From positions 339,023 through 403,022 of the forward strand of contig JALMLS010000310.1 in assembly GCA_038496445.1 (NCBI GenBank): a DNA stretch of 64,000 nucleotides. Direction: 5' to 3'. The DNA is from Trichosphaerium sp. ATCC 40318. Taxonomy: Eukaryota > Protista > Tubulinea. A model generated the notes under the pieces. The model made no database searches and was not told the DNA's origin. It saw only the letters and a list, made by a program, of their open reading frames with translations. Positions 41,691 to 55,366 of the stretch are shown here, one piece after another; the stretch's first letter is position 1; each line of letters begins with the position of its first letter. Both the position numbers and the translations under genes were made by a program.

Positions 41691-44600
41691 ATGGCCACAG
41701 CGCCTCCTAATGGCGTTTGCGTGCGCACGCTTGAGCAGCGCATCAAGCAGGTACGTATTTTATTGCGTTTTGATGTACATTGCGCTAAGATGTCATCTAC
41801 AGGCGAATTCATTCGTTGGAAAACAAACTCAGTTAAAAAACTCCATGTTGGCCAAAAAAGAGAAAGCAAATGACATAGTTAGCAAGAAAATGGCTGAATT
41901 ACGCAGCCTAGTCGACGATTGGGAACGTAGATTTATTGAAACTGCAGATGAAACAATAGATCTCAAAATAACCGCTATTGACAAACAGGTGCGTCGTTAT
42001 GGACAGTGATACACGTATAAAACAGTGCACCACAATTAAAACGAACCTTCTTGTTAACTCATCTAAAACCGCTAGATTAAAGAAGTTAAAGCTATAAAAG
42101 ACGAATACACAAAGTATTTACAAGATTGGCGTTTAGAAGATGATCTTGACGACACTTCTGTTTCAGAATCCGAAACCGAGACAGAAAACGAGGTATACGC
42201 TTACCTGTTAATCCGATTGATCTTTTTCTGGGTTTACTAAATAACGTTAATAACAGAGTTACAGCGAAATGGAGTACAAACGCATAGAGATGATGAAACC
42301 GCCCGATCAACGCTTAAAAGAAAAGTATGACAGCAAATTTCCGCTTAAACCCGAAGGATACTCTGCAGAAGAGGTAGAGGTTATTGCTGGACTTGGTTCT
42401 ATACTAGATGTACGTTTAAAATCTGTTAAATCGATTCTACAATATCACCAGCGATGGTTTTTTCCGTCGATGTCAACATTCCTTCAGTTAACATAGTAAA
42501 CGTCACTTTTATTTTTCTGATGTTTACTTTTTGTTTCGGCATGTAGGAAGGAAGTAAGTCATTAGCTAGATCCCTTACACTTGTTGGAGGCGTAGTAAGA
42601 GGATACCTGAAGAGAGGACATAACCATAAGAAAGATAAATGGGTTAAGCTGCTTAGAAGTGCGTGTTTTTTAGGAAAAAGAATGACATGTCATGTCTCTG
42701 TTTAGTTTCTACTTATTTATATGGATCTTGTTTTCATTACTAATATGTTAAATAGAGCTTGAAGGACGTCCTGACATTCAATCATCACCAACATTTGAAA
42801 ACAAACCAATGATAAAAGAGTACTCAGTTATCAAACAAACTAGGGTTAAGACAGTACCTGTACGCGGTCATTTTATTACCATGATGTCATCCGTAATGTA
42901 TTAAATGCTTATCAATATTCGTAGCGTGGTCGTGATAGTGTATGGCGTGCTGTTAGTGACTTGTACAGATATAAAGGAAATACACTCATGCAACAACGTA
43001 TTTGTGAAGAGTTGTCTAACCTTCACAACACGTGCCCTAGCGAGGTCGAATTTTACATACTACAACTTGTGTACGTCGCACTATTGTTTGGTTCATCATC
43101 GCAGTACTGAATATACCTTAGTACACTGTATCTCAACTCAGGGAAGGGCGAGACTAAGCCTATAAAGAATTTATTGTTGTCTAAAGCTAGGAAGTCTCCG
43201 TTATTCGCTTTAGGCGTTTATGTTTTCTCTGATGCGTTATCTGATGAAGATTCATCACCTAGTAAGCGCTGGTTAAGGCGTAGTAGAAAGGTAAGGCTTT
43301 GTTAGTCTTCGTGATAGTATTGTGTTGACAAGGTGCTTTTTTTACAGTTCAAGAAACGTTTGGAAAGCTGTGCTGCTGGCGTTGAAGCTTCCGAACATAC
43401 CGAAACTGAATCAAATGGAAAGTCTAATGTATGAACTTTTAATTGTCTTACTAGTACTTTAACTTACGTTCTCTTTGAAGTATGCCTTGCTAGATAGCTC
43501 TGAAGGTGATAGCCAGAAGTGTAAGTGATTTTAACTTGGGAATCAAAATTGTGTTTACTGTTTTCTAATACACTCTTTGCAGCTGGCTCTGGTCGTAGAC
43601 AGATATTTGCAGACCAGCTACAATTCTTACACAGGATGGTTGATATCTCTAAAGGCTTAGGAGAGAAATTTTCTGATAAGGAATCATGGCTTCCTGAATT
43701 AGTTGCTAAATTAAACGTACTCCAAAAGTGCGTCGACTTTTATTTCTTCGAGATTGTATTTTTTTTATGACTTCGTAGATCTGCTGAGACTCAATCATTG
43801 TACATACCAACAAAATATGATACTGAAAAAGATATACGTCAACGTGTTTTACGTATTGTAAGCGAGAATGCTTTTCCTATTGGGACATATGGAAGAGTAC
43901 GTTGAAATTTCCTTTTTTTTTTTTGTTTACAAAGAGTTTATCTGTTTATGGCTTATTACTCATGTAGGTACTTTATCACACTATTTTTGAAGTTGTTGAT
44001 ATACCTTCTACTATATCTCATAGCATGGAGCAACGTTATGTAGATTTAAAGTCAGAGTTCTCAGCAAAAGGAAAACGAAAAGGTTCGTTTTTATTTACTT
44101 GTTTTTTTGTCGTATGAGCGTAACACTTTTCGAATAGATAGCCAAACTAGTGCTTCACCTATGGTTAAAAGAAAATCTAGGACAAAGGCACGTGAATAGT
44201 TAGCCATCTCGAAAAGTTTGGAGACTTTTCATGAAAGGAAAGAAGGTGCTTACGTTTTTTGCTTAGGTGCCTTTTGGAGAGCGATGGCGAGACCAGAAAA
44301 AAGCTTTACGTGATGGATCTCATTACGGACGATTACCTCATTGGAATGCACAAGCTTTAATTATTAAACATGGTGATTTTGTACTACAAGAACAGGTGCG
44401 TTTAAAGAACCAAAAAAAAAACCTTGACAAAGCCACTATCTACCCATTGTGTTCCTGAACATTTTAACATTTTTTTTAGTTTACTTTACAATTGATTGTA
44501 ATGTTCAAACGTATTTGGGCTGAAGAACGTATTCCTCTGAAGCTTATTATGTATCCTTTTTTTTTTTTTTCGAAATTTTTTTGATTTGTCTCTTGTGGAT

Positions 44601-45854
44601 ACCTTGACTATATCAAGATATAAAATAACTGCATTAAGCTCACGAAGTGGTCTTATAGAGGTTGTTCCGAATTGCTTGTCTCTTGATAGATTGAAGCAAA
44701 ATGTTCCTAAATTCACAACATTGGCTGAGTACTTTCAACAACATTATAGTGATCCTGCACGTCTTGAGAAGGCTAGAAAGAATTTTGTTAGAACATTAGC
44801 CGCGTATTCACTATTATCTTACTTTTTACAAATCAAAGATCGGTACGTCAAAGCATGTGAGACAATGCAACGTTTCGTTGTTTTTTTGTTATTCGTAAGA
44901 ATTTTTCGAGAATTTTTTTTTTTGGATTTTCTTCTTCCTCTCGTACATGAAGAACAAAAAATTCTTCTGAAACAAAAATATGCAAGAATGATATTTGATA
45001 AGTCGATTAAGATGATTTACTGGATTTTTACTGACTTTTATATTGAATAGGCATAACGGTAATATTATGCTTGATATGGATGGTAATTTGTTTCATATTG
45101 ATTTTGGTTATTTACTTGGAAGGACTATGGATTTTGAAAAAGCACCATTCAAACTTACAGAAGAATATGTTGATGTTATGGGAGGTGATAAAAGCGACTT
45201 GTTTAAGGTATACAAAACACAAACTTTGTAGTTTCTTTTTTTTTTTTTTGAGTTATTTTTCTGTAAAAGAATCTCTTTGTTTAATCTTTGTTGTAGGATT
45301 ACTGTCTTCTTTGTGTTCAGGGATTTTTAGCATTAAGACGAAACTATCAAAAAATATTGTTTCTTATTGAAATGACAAAACCACGTGCGTATTTCAAGCT
45401 TTGCTAGTCAACAACAACAAAAAAGTCTATCATTTTAAAACCTATGATCTCTTTTCGTTCTCTGCTACTCAACCTCGCAAAAATACAGTTTGTTGAGCAA
45501 TAATACACTAAGTATCTATTGCGGAACGTGAGATAAGACAGAAAAAAAATAGTCACGTGATTCTTTAGCTTGTTCAAGTCAAAGCTATCACTTATGCTTT
45601 TTTTTCTTTTTTTTTTGGTTGACAGTTGGAAATATGAAGTCTTGTTCGCTTACTTTGGTTTTTTAGAAGGTAGTTCTGCTATTCCTTGTTTGGAACAAGA
45701 GGATGTTGTTTTAGAGTTATTGAAACGATTCCACTTGGACTGGACTGAAGAACAATGCGAGCAGTTTGTTATTAATCTTATTAAAGAAGCAAGAGATAAT
45801 TGGCGTACACAAATATACGATACTTATCAAAGGCTTCTAAATGATATATACTAA
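41691..45854 (+). CDS. PI4KB: Phosphatidylinositol 4-kinase, type III (beta-like), with N-terminal coiled region
   Basis: [91 protein letters not shown]. Confidence 0.9.
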
Positions 45855-46283
45855 AACAAACAAGTTGAACCTTTATTGTTGTTGTACAATTATTACCTTT
45901 TTTTTTTGAAAAATCAAGAACGGCTTTGTGTTCAGCTCTACTTTCTTTTAGAACCTATCCTTTACCTCGCCCTACTACTCATTTTCGCGATTCATCAAAA
46001 TAGATAATATTGGGAGGAAGAGATCAATGTCTAGTGGCTCTAGCGTAGCCCTTGATGTTGTTACTTTGAAATAATTGTATATTCATTCAAAATAAGTTCT
46101 GAGAATAACAGTCTTTTCGATCAATTACTAAACATATGTGGAAATAGTAAACTCCAGTGATAAAAAAGAAAGGTATTGTACATGGCATTGTTTATCAAAT
46201 GAACAAGCGAACTGTCTGGCTTATACTCTTGCTATCTGTAGATAGATTACTGTTTGGTAGGCAGAAAGAACAAAACCTTGTTT

Positions 46284-46930
46284 TTAATGTACAAATTGTT
46301 TTATTGGTATAGAACGAATGACAAGGCCTCTCTTCCATGTCTGTGATTGTGATTGACAACACTCTGAGTGTTCATTTATTTTGTTCAAATTGTTTATGTC
46401 TTGATGACTATCAAAGTCAACACTGGAACTGTCTGAGTTTGTTGATTCGTTGTCTGACCAATCTTCGTCATTCAAGTATCCTGTTGGTTCGTGTTCTACT
46501 GCCACTCGAAGTTTTGGGCGTTCGTCTTTCTTTGTAGAGCATAGTTTAACATCGAAGGTGCCTTTAAAAAACTTGTTGATATCACCAAAAAGATCTATAT
46601 TGACAGAGCCTTTGCTATTGTTTTGTTCTTTTTCTTCAACTTGAAAATAACAAATAAGTCTTCACCGTCTTTTCGTCTTACTTCCATAGGATCAAGAGGC
46701 ATGTACCATCCAACTTTGCTTGAATATCTAAGTGTATCATATGGTGTGCTTTCTTTCCTTGTCTTTTGTTTTTCGTTTGGTGACCATAGTTGTGCTTCAA
46801 CGCGAAGTGGTTTTGATGTCTCATTCATATTCAACAAATGTTCTATGCGAATACTTAAGACACCGCTTATAATATTCATTGTATTGTCTTGTTCTATAGT
46901 GCCCAGTGAGTTCGTTCTGGTATGATGCAT
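46284..46930 (-). pseudogene. C2-like domain coding segment, frameshifted or degenerate
   Basis: ORF 46595-46930 (LSIRIEH..LRVEAQL..KVGW..LFVIFKL) continues in another frame (KGSVNIDL..KLRVAVEHEP) across an A-run near 46612; flanking sequence has multiple stops. Confidence 0.35.
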
Positions 46931-47618
46931 GGTTTATATGAGGAGATGTGTTTGTCTTTGTAGTATTATTGTAAAAATGGGTGACACGTGATTTCTTTCA
47001 TACATTGAATATTTCTTGAAATAGTACTTGGGTATGTCGCGATTCTTCTCGATCGTTTAGACACTCAGTACCTTCATTGTATTGTATAAAGGAACGCCGA
47101 GTTTTAAAGGGATCATTGAACTATTTTGAAGCTTGAATTGACTCCGAAAGACCTCACAAGATCCTTTGAGTCTTAATATTAGCATCACCTTTTGGCGGAA
47201 TATCTGAGCATCACCGTGGGCCTTAAAAACGGCTAAATTAGTTTGATATTACAAGATTGTTCAGTGAACAATGCGCACAAAATAACTTAGTTAAAGCATC
47301 GCCAACAAATTAAGAACTTCCAAGAGAGGTATGGAAGCGCCTACATCACAAAGATACAAAGTTAAATATTGTTTTACAATACAGAAATAGCAATGTAAAC
47401 ACGCTGCTCCATGATGGTGTCATGTACTAAAGACAGTTGTTTAATGTACATGTACAGCTTAGAACTATATTGTTCCACAAATAGAATAAAATGGAATAGA
47501 CAAAGGCGTTTCTTTAACCATGATGTGTTATTGTCTATGTGAAGTATTTTCAAGTATGTTGTGGATAATGAGTGAGACCCGCAATTACTCAACGGATATT
47601 TGTTACGTGGTTTATTGT

Positions 47619-50600
47619 TTATAATTGTAGAGTCATAGGTTGTTTAAAGACTTGTACTTGCGTTGTTTTAATAATGGTAACTGTATCTCGTAGAACAGGA
47701 TGAAGTGTTCTCAAGTAAGCAACAACATCATCACTTGTTCCTTCTTTTAAAACAAAATCATGTCCGTCACAAGCATGACGTACAAACCAATCATGACACA
47801 TCATTCCTATAATCTCTCCTTCCATATGCATTGTGTATTCTAGTATCTGTAAAAAGACATCAAGGCATTCAACGCCACATTGATGTTTTACAAAGCCTGA
47901 TAAAACATATCCTTTCATTCTTTCGATTTGGTACTTATCACTTAACTTGTAAAGCATCCATAGAGTATCTATATCGTTTAAGGGAATGCTGTCTTTGTAT
48001 AGATAATCCAATAAAAGGTTGACGACATGGAGAGGTTCACCAATTTTGATGACATTAGCATTCTTATCTGTTGATTGATTTGATACCAGAATTTGTTCAA
48101 AGAACGGTATGCGTGCTACTAAGATAACCTAAAACAATACAATCAGATATTATATTACAATACTACGAGCCATCACAGTATTGGCTAGATAAAAGAAAAC
48201 TCGGAACAGTAAACAAAACAAAGAAAAAAAGTGCAAAAAGAAATAATGTACCTTGTGACACTTCAGTTCGTTGTCATCACTAGTCTTTAGAATTAAGTCC
48301 TTTGATTCCTCATGCTTGTATAGTCTATTTAAAGATCTTTTGATACCCTTCGAATTGATAAAGTAACATCCTGGCTTGGTCCTTTGGATTTCTTTTACGA
48401 GCTTATTCGTTTTAAGTGATTGTAACAGTTTTATAAATGAAGGTTCCGTTAGGTCATCGTATTGAACTGATTTGCCATAAATACAAGAAATAAGACAATT
48501 GAACGCTCTAGAAGAATGGTCAAGCTTCAGGACAGAATCGATTTCTCCAGCATCTACAAACAGTTCAGGCACTTGGCTCTCGACGAATACCTAAAAAAAG
48601 TAAGTTACAAATGTGTTTTTGCTTTTTTCTTACCCTGCTGATCTTAATTGATGACTCTTGGTTTAGTTTAAACTCAAAGTCATTAAACACTTCATATTTA
48701 TCTTCTCTGAGCCTACTAAACTCTGATGGAATTTTAGTAGCATCGCTTAAATCAGGAAACAAGTAAGACTTAAATGACTTTCCAAATCGAGTTTCAGGCT
48801 TCGCTTTACTCTCCTCAGTCTCCTCTTTCGAAAATGTGAGTATTTACATAAAATTATTAGTAGTGAGGTACCTCCACGTCTTGTCTTATAAGCAATTTTC
48901 TCAATTATGCGAACCAAGGGAAAGTGCAAATCGAACTCTGTTAGTGTGCTGCAAATGAACATTACATTGTATCTTCCTTTATTAATAGTCTTTTTCAAAT
49001 CTTCAATGATGTGTAAGACAATTTCATCAACATCAGATGAACCTTAAATAAAAATAAGCAAACAAAGTTATAGGCATTGATTGAACAACTGATATCGATC
49101 AAAAGAAAGAAAAAAATAGGAATATTCTTGTATTGTGGTCTAAGGGCTCTCAATAAATTAAATTTTCTTTTTTGTTTAATTTATGGGATCAATAAGGCAT
49201 GTTTTTAACGTACCTTTGTAGTGTGGAAACATTTTTTGGAATTTAACGAAGTTCTCAGGCATTAACTTTTTGAGAAGATCATATTTTGATAAAACTATAA
49301 TGACGCTGGCATGTGCTAACCATTTACTGCTAATTAGTTCTGAGAGTAAAACCTTCGCTTCTTCGTATGAATTTGTTTGTGCATCTTCATACAACAAGTA
49401 CATGAAGCTTGAGAGTTAAAGACAAAACAAAAAAAGAAATTCCAATAAATTTACAAAGTCACAACACGTAAACAACTATGGATTAGTGTCTTGCCTATGC
49501 CTTACTTTGAGAACAATTCAAAAAAGATACTCGGTCAGTGACACCACATGGCAAATATAATGTACATTTCCAAAGCAATGTAACCATTTTCTCCGTTCAT
49601 TTCGAGGACCTTAATAAATAAAAACTTAGACCAACTGCACAAAATAATAAAAAGTAGCATAAGCCTTCAACACAACAATGCTTTCACAGCTTATAACAAA
49701 AAACTCTAATTTTAATAAACAAATACTAAAAGAAAAGTATTATTGAGTACTGAGTAAAACGTGGTAAGCCTGAGGAACAAATACTTTTAAAACTAAAAAA
49801 GACGTACCACCAACATCCAAAAGCTTAAACTGTTGACCATTATGGCCTAAGTACTCTTTTTCTACAATCCCTGTTGTCCTTATACGTACATTCATTATTT
49901 CAGGTATTGTTACTTCCCATCCTTTAGTTCTTTTTGCAACAGCGTTCATTAAACTGAATAGAAAAAGTTTAGTAAGAAAGTTCATTTTGTATTCATTCTA
50001 TTTTCAGCTTATATATCAACGTACATAGATAAATTATGCATAGGGCTATTGTAAACAAGAGATTCTTTAAATGCAGTACATTCATCCATGAATTCTGAAT
50101 TGACGAGTCTGTAAAAATACTATTAACTTCTTTCTCAGAAAATTCTGTTTTTTTCTCCCTTTCACGTACTTTTTAACAGCATCAAAACAAGATTGCTCCG
50201 AGTCGAAATTATAATTGCAAGTACGATTAGGATCGTCTGGATCCGATAGACTCAAAATAGCGGATTGAGTGCTCTAGTTAATTAATTAAACCAAATCAAA
50301 GACCAGATCTTTAGCAGTAAGCCGTGCCTTCTGGCAACGATTAAAATAAGGACTTCGTTTAAAATCCTGTAAACAATTCCATATTTGATGTGTAATAGCC
50401 CTGTTGTAAGCTCGTCGGGCTTCTACATCCTGCTGAAGCAATTGTACGTAAAAATGCTTAACAAACGTAGATTTGCCTATTTACATGACTGAATAAGCTA
50501 ATAACCGCTTTTATTTCGTGCTAACCGCTGAATGCCGATCCTGGTGTGTATTAGTTTCAAATTAAATAACTGACGGTGTTTGATACGCCTACCAAGTACT

Positions 50601-50719
50601 AGAATCGTGATTTCGTCTATCTCTAGTTTTTTCGCTTCAATTACAGCTTTTTTGATAGATTTCAGTTTTCCAGCCTTATCTAGCCTGTCTACCGCATGCT
50701 TACATTTTTTGTTACCCAT
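47619..50719 (-). CDS. Atypical heterotrimeric G-protein alpha subunit fused to tandem BTB/POZ domains and a BACK-like region
   Basis: MGNKKC; ILVLGSAFSGKSTFVK; RIRTTGIVE; LLDVGGPRNERRKWLHCF; LYED..N; LSKYD; ICST. Spliced in frame to FNDFEFK..FNCLISCIYG (BTB1) and SKDLILK..LKCHKVILVARIPFF..LLDYLY..LSDKYQIERMK (BTB2). Confidence 0.85.
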
Positions 50720-51168
50720 TTCTGGACTTGTAAGCGTTGATACTGAAATAATTAAGACAAATCTGTTTCACTTAATTGCTTTCTTGAGTGCTTAGAAGGT
50801 AAGCTTTTGGAAAAGCAAGGTTTCGTGATTACATTCGTTTACATAAATATAGGCTTAAGTAACAGCCTAAAAAGTGTGAACTCCTTCAAGCACCTATCTA
50901 ATTTCTGGATTTTGTTTAAAGTCAAACGCACAATGTAGTAATGTGATTAGTCTACAATTTATGTCAAATGCATGCTAATATTACCACGTGTTTTTTATGC
51001 TAGACAGTTTTAGACTTGCAACTTCTTTATTTGGGAAGCTTGATCTAACGCCCTTCCGTTAACATAAATACTTTATTTAGTTCTGCAGTAGATTCAAAAA
51101 CAGACGAATTTCTCCGCCACATTCACTTGACACCAAGCCTTCAAAAAGATGGTTTCTAGTAATTGGAG

Positions 51169-51788
51169 ATGCACAGCCCTGTATTCGAAGCAATGCTAAA
51201 GCAGCCAGTGAAAGAAGGCAAATCCAGAGTAATCACACTCGAGGTACACAACGTGTAGCGCGCGTCAATGTAATTATATTTATCAGGGTAAGACTCACAA
51301 CGATGTTTTTAATCTCCTATCCCACATATATGACCCACAACCAATACCTTACCTATGAACGTCTCATTGAGAAGTGTGTAAAAGCTATAGAGAGTCTTCC
51401 TTGTAATGCAGGTATGAGTGGTGTATTTTATAGTTAATAAAGAGTAGAACGTTTTTTGGCAATTGATAAATGCGAAAAGTATAGAGATCTCATTTCGTCA
51501 AAGTTCATACCTTGGGCGACTAAGAACTTTGAAGATTGTTCAACAATTTTACATTTGTTGTGTGAACAAACCGCCTATAAACTGGCTAAGAAAATAGGCT
51601 CGCAACAACGCCACTATCGTTCAGAGTTTAACCGTTTACAACCTGTTTTAAAACAACTCCAGGAGAAAACTTACCCACACACACTTTCTGAAACTGTATT
51701 GCCATCTCGTGTGTATATTCACTACAACGATGAACTCTATCAAATCAACGAACCTGTTAAAGGTTGGATACTCAAGATGAATCCTTAG
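51169..51788 (+). pseudogene. Truncated or frameshifted BTB(-BACK) gene
   Basis: HSPVFEAMLKQPVKEGKSRVITLE|GKTHNDVFNLLSHIYDP is the second half of a BTB domain; stop codons lie just upstream and just downstream; ORF 51456-51788 follows. Confidence 0.55.
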
Positions 51789-52199
51789 ATAATTCATAAG
51801 TAGGATTTCCATCTCAGTGTAGAAGAAATGATGAAATAAATATTATTCATTTATAGGCTATTGTTATTTTTCTAGACAAAAGTCTACGCAATGTGTAACT
51901 TGAATGACATGCAATACTATTCATTTGGATAAGCCGTTTCACATTAAGAACAAGAGTTAAGTTTCCAAAGAATACTATTAAAAGGTGTAGAACATACTGT
52001 TAGTGCTGTCTATATATAGTACGCTTTGAACAATGAAACATGTTTTTATTTTCCTGTTAACATTGCTTACAAATTTTTACGTTATTTACATTTTAACAAT
52101 CTCTTCGTACATTTATCACATGTTTTCCGAGATAAGCTGTATACACAAATCAATGTGCCAACAAGAAAGGATATGTTGTTCACTTAAGTAAACTGTAAT

Positions 52200-54619
52200 C
52201 TATCTTTTTCTTTTTGCATCAACACGCACTTTACCACTATCAGAACGAACATCACAGAATTGATAATACGCCTCTAGGTTTGATACAAAAAGAGTAGAAA
52301 CAACAACATCTGATGCTTCTGGACTCACGTAAACACCATAAGCAGCAGGGAACGAAGTAGGGTTAAGTATACCATCATGAACAAAACTCTTTCCTGCGTT
52401 AATAAAATGAACTTCAAGATCTCTTAGTTTAACATCTGAGGAATCTGTCATAACATCAAACCCAATACCGTATCCAGCTACAGTAGATACATCCCTTACT
52501 TCGGCTCCAGTTACTACAACACTATTTGATCCTGAAAAAGAAAATCCACGAGCGCTGGCACCACCTTAAAGAAAAAAATGAGAACAATACTGAAAATAAC
52601 AAAACAACAGGCGTGCAACGCTAGTTCTCTATGTAGTTGAAACGTACCATAACCTGTAAGAGTTGCTCCTGGATGAGAAATAGAGTAACGACCACATTTC
52701 GATGATCCAATAGCTCCTTGATTAATCAATCCCTTAACAGAAACATCCTGCATTTTGACACCTGAAGCGCCGTCCATCTTAAACCCAATAATACCCTTAT
52801 TAACATGGAACATAGAGTCTCCATTACACAAATATCCCTTTATAGCAGAAAGCTTAGAAAGCTTGGCTTCAGGTGTACCAGGAGTAGCTTCAATCCAATC
52901 AAGCACAAGTTGGTCGATTGTATTCCTTCCATTGTCGAGGTGAAAATTATTGTCGAAATCTCCAGCTAGTTTTGCTTTGGCTATAAACGCTTTCGCGTTT
53001 GTGAGAGGATTACCAATATACTCGGCTTGATCTTCGTCCTCAGACGAAATAGTAATCAAGTTTCCAGTAGCTGGATCTCTGTTCCAAATTTGGAAGAGTG
53101 AACCGACAGAGTCTCTTACAGGTACTACACGGAAACAAAATAAGAAAACAAGTACTACCGACATAAAAATACGCTATGCGGTATACATACCTTCTGTGCC
53201 AAGAGCGACAATTTCGTTTACGGCGTTATGCAAGTCAAAAACGTGTACGTTGTTGAATTTAACATCGAATGAGAAGGAGTCGTAGTTTGTTGACAGAGGT
53301 TGTCTTGGGAACCCACCAACGGCAACGCCGAAGTTATTTACCAAGAAACCATATGCGTTACCATCAATAACAGAAAACTTGTTATGAAACAAAGCGTATT
53401 CAGCTGGATATTTCGTTTTGCTGATTTTAGAGTTTCCATCAACAATAAGATCAGTATGGACATTATTGATCATAGTACGTAGTTGCTGCGTTATTTTTGT
53501 AACATCCAAGACATTACCTTAATAGAAGTGAGTACAGAGAGAAACAAAACGTGATATTTAGAAACGTACCTTGTACAGTCAAAGTTGTGGCAGAGTTTGA
53601 AGAAACCAAGAAATCTAGGTACTTCTGGATAAATCTCGCTCCAGAGTATGTTCCTAGAACAGGAACATCCTTTCTGTTTGTTGCCGTACAATCACTAACA
53701 GTTAATTTATGAACACCATTAAGTGCTACAGCAGCGACTTCAAACTCATCAAATTCGATATGTTTTATAGTAATCTGTTCGTTTTGGTTTCCGTGAATAC
53801 CATGATGAGAAGAACGTCCAATACGACCTAAAGAACAAATTAATAAAGTGATTTTGACAAAGTACGATGCAAAGCGGCAAGCGATTACAGCCTGACATCG
53901 CAAGACAGAAAGATTAATCAAAATAAAACAAGTTTGGGGTTTTTTCGAGCACGTGAAGCTCAAAGGTCAGTGTACATACCATTCTTTATAGTAACTTTAG
54001 CTGCACCTTTGAATGTTGTACCAAAGTTATGAGGGCCTTGACCGACAACAAACGGTTTATCGGCAAGTTCAATGTTCGCGTAAAACCTTTGCAATAGCGC
54101 ATGTTCTTTACTTTGTTCAAGTGTATGACCATTTAAATCAAGAACGACGTCATCAGCAACTATTGAAATAGCTGCAAAGAATCCCAAAAATAGGCATTAT
54201 CGGGGTAGATACCACCTAATAACATTAGTGATGATAAAAAGAAAACAGAAACAAAATAGAATTCTGAAAAAAGCTCGAAAAGGCAAATCGGTAAACAACG
54301 ATTTTACATTTTTAGTTATCTATCTCTATTCTTACCTTGTGACTCAAACTGGCTTGGAAGTGGAAATGACGCATCCCAAGCATCGGTACCCAATGAAGAA
54401 GCACGATTTGGGTTGAAAGAGATATCTTCCATTAGTTTATACGTCCCTGGCTGGGAAATAATGTAAGTTCCATCAACAAAGTCTGCATTTGTAAGTTCGA
54501 AAGCAGCATCTAAATCAGACAACATTAGAGAGTTTCTGTATTTCTTTGCCTATATCGGGCTTACGAACTGAAGAAATCACCGCAACAAGCGCGTATATAT
54601 ACACTAATAACTTGTTCAT
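52200..54619 (-). CDS. Secreted right-handed parallel beta-helix (pectin-lyase-like fold) protein; 3' end approximate
   Basis: Signal MNKLLVYIYALVAVISS; ISQPGTYKLMEDISF, ISIVADDVVLDLNGHTL, VTIKNGRIGRSSHHGIHG, NGDSMFHVNKG and repeating beta-strand patterns. Confidence 0.75.
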
Positions 54620-55366
54620 TGCTGTTGCACCTTTTTTGTTGTAACTTGAGGTGATGCAAGAACGTTTCGTTTGAAAGAAAAAAATGTTATATTTAGCTTC
54701 GTTTGTCAAAAAAAAGCTACGTCGTTTCAAGGCATGTGTATTTAAGGTATGTATTAACGTAAAATGTATTTCATGAGGTTGTTCTGGGGTCATCTGAGTG
54801 AGCGTGTAAAGGTTCTTTTAAGAAATTGCTTCTTTAGTCGTTGCACGAAGTTCGAACTACGTGTGAAGCATTTAACTCTACGAAATAGTTTGTATCGTAG
54901 ATACGAAGGGGTTGTTACAAAGCTTGATTATCTGTTACACTTAAAATACTGCACACGATCTGATAGTCACGAAAACAACTACTGTTAATGTCTTTTATCG
55001 TTTTGGGCGTCTAGCCACTTAAAATGTAAGCCAATAGCGTAGTACGAAAATAATGTCGTATTAGTGTTAGTAATAACTACGATAGCGTTTTAATTGACAA
55101 AATACCAGTTTTCATGCTATAGACGGCTAGAATATCTTAAATCACCTACAAGTGATTGTTCCATACCCACCCACGCGTCAACATACTGTGTAGCGGTTCA
55201 CCGTTGAACTAGTTCAAATTACCTATGACAGTACGCAGTAGAGTCCTATTGCCATCATTGCATCGAAAGTGCTGTAGTACCAGCCTATTGAGTTTTAAAA
55301 CAAATTAGTAAAAAGGGAACAGAGATTTCAACATAAAAGTCGTTGACACATTTCTCCGTGCGGAAC

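Noticed and set aside
30863-50719. GPCRs, FTase-beta, PI4K and G-alpha-BTB as a co-functional signalling cluster
   Set aside because: Gene neighbourhood is weak evidence in eukaryotes; orientations are mixed and unrelated genes intervene.
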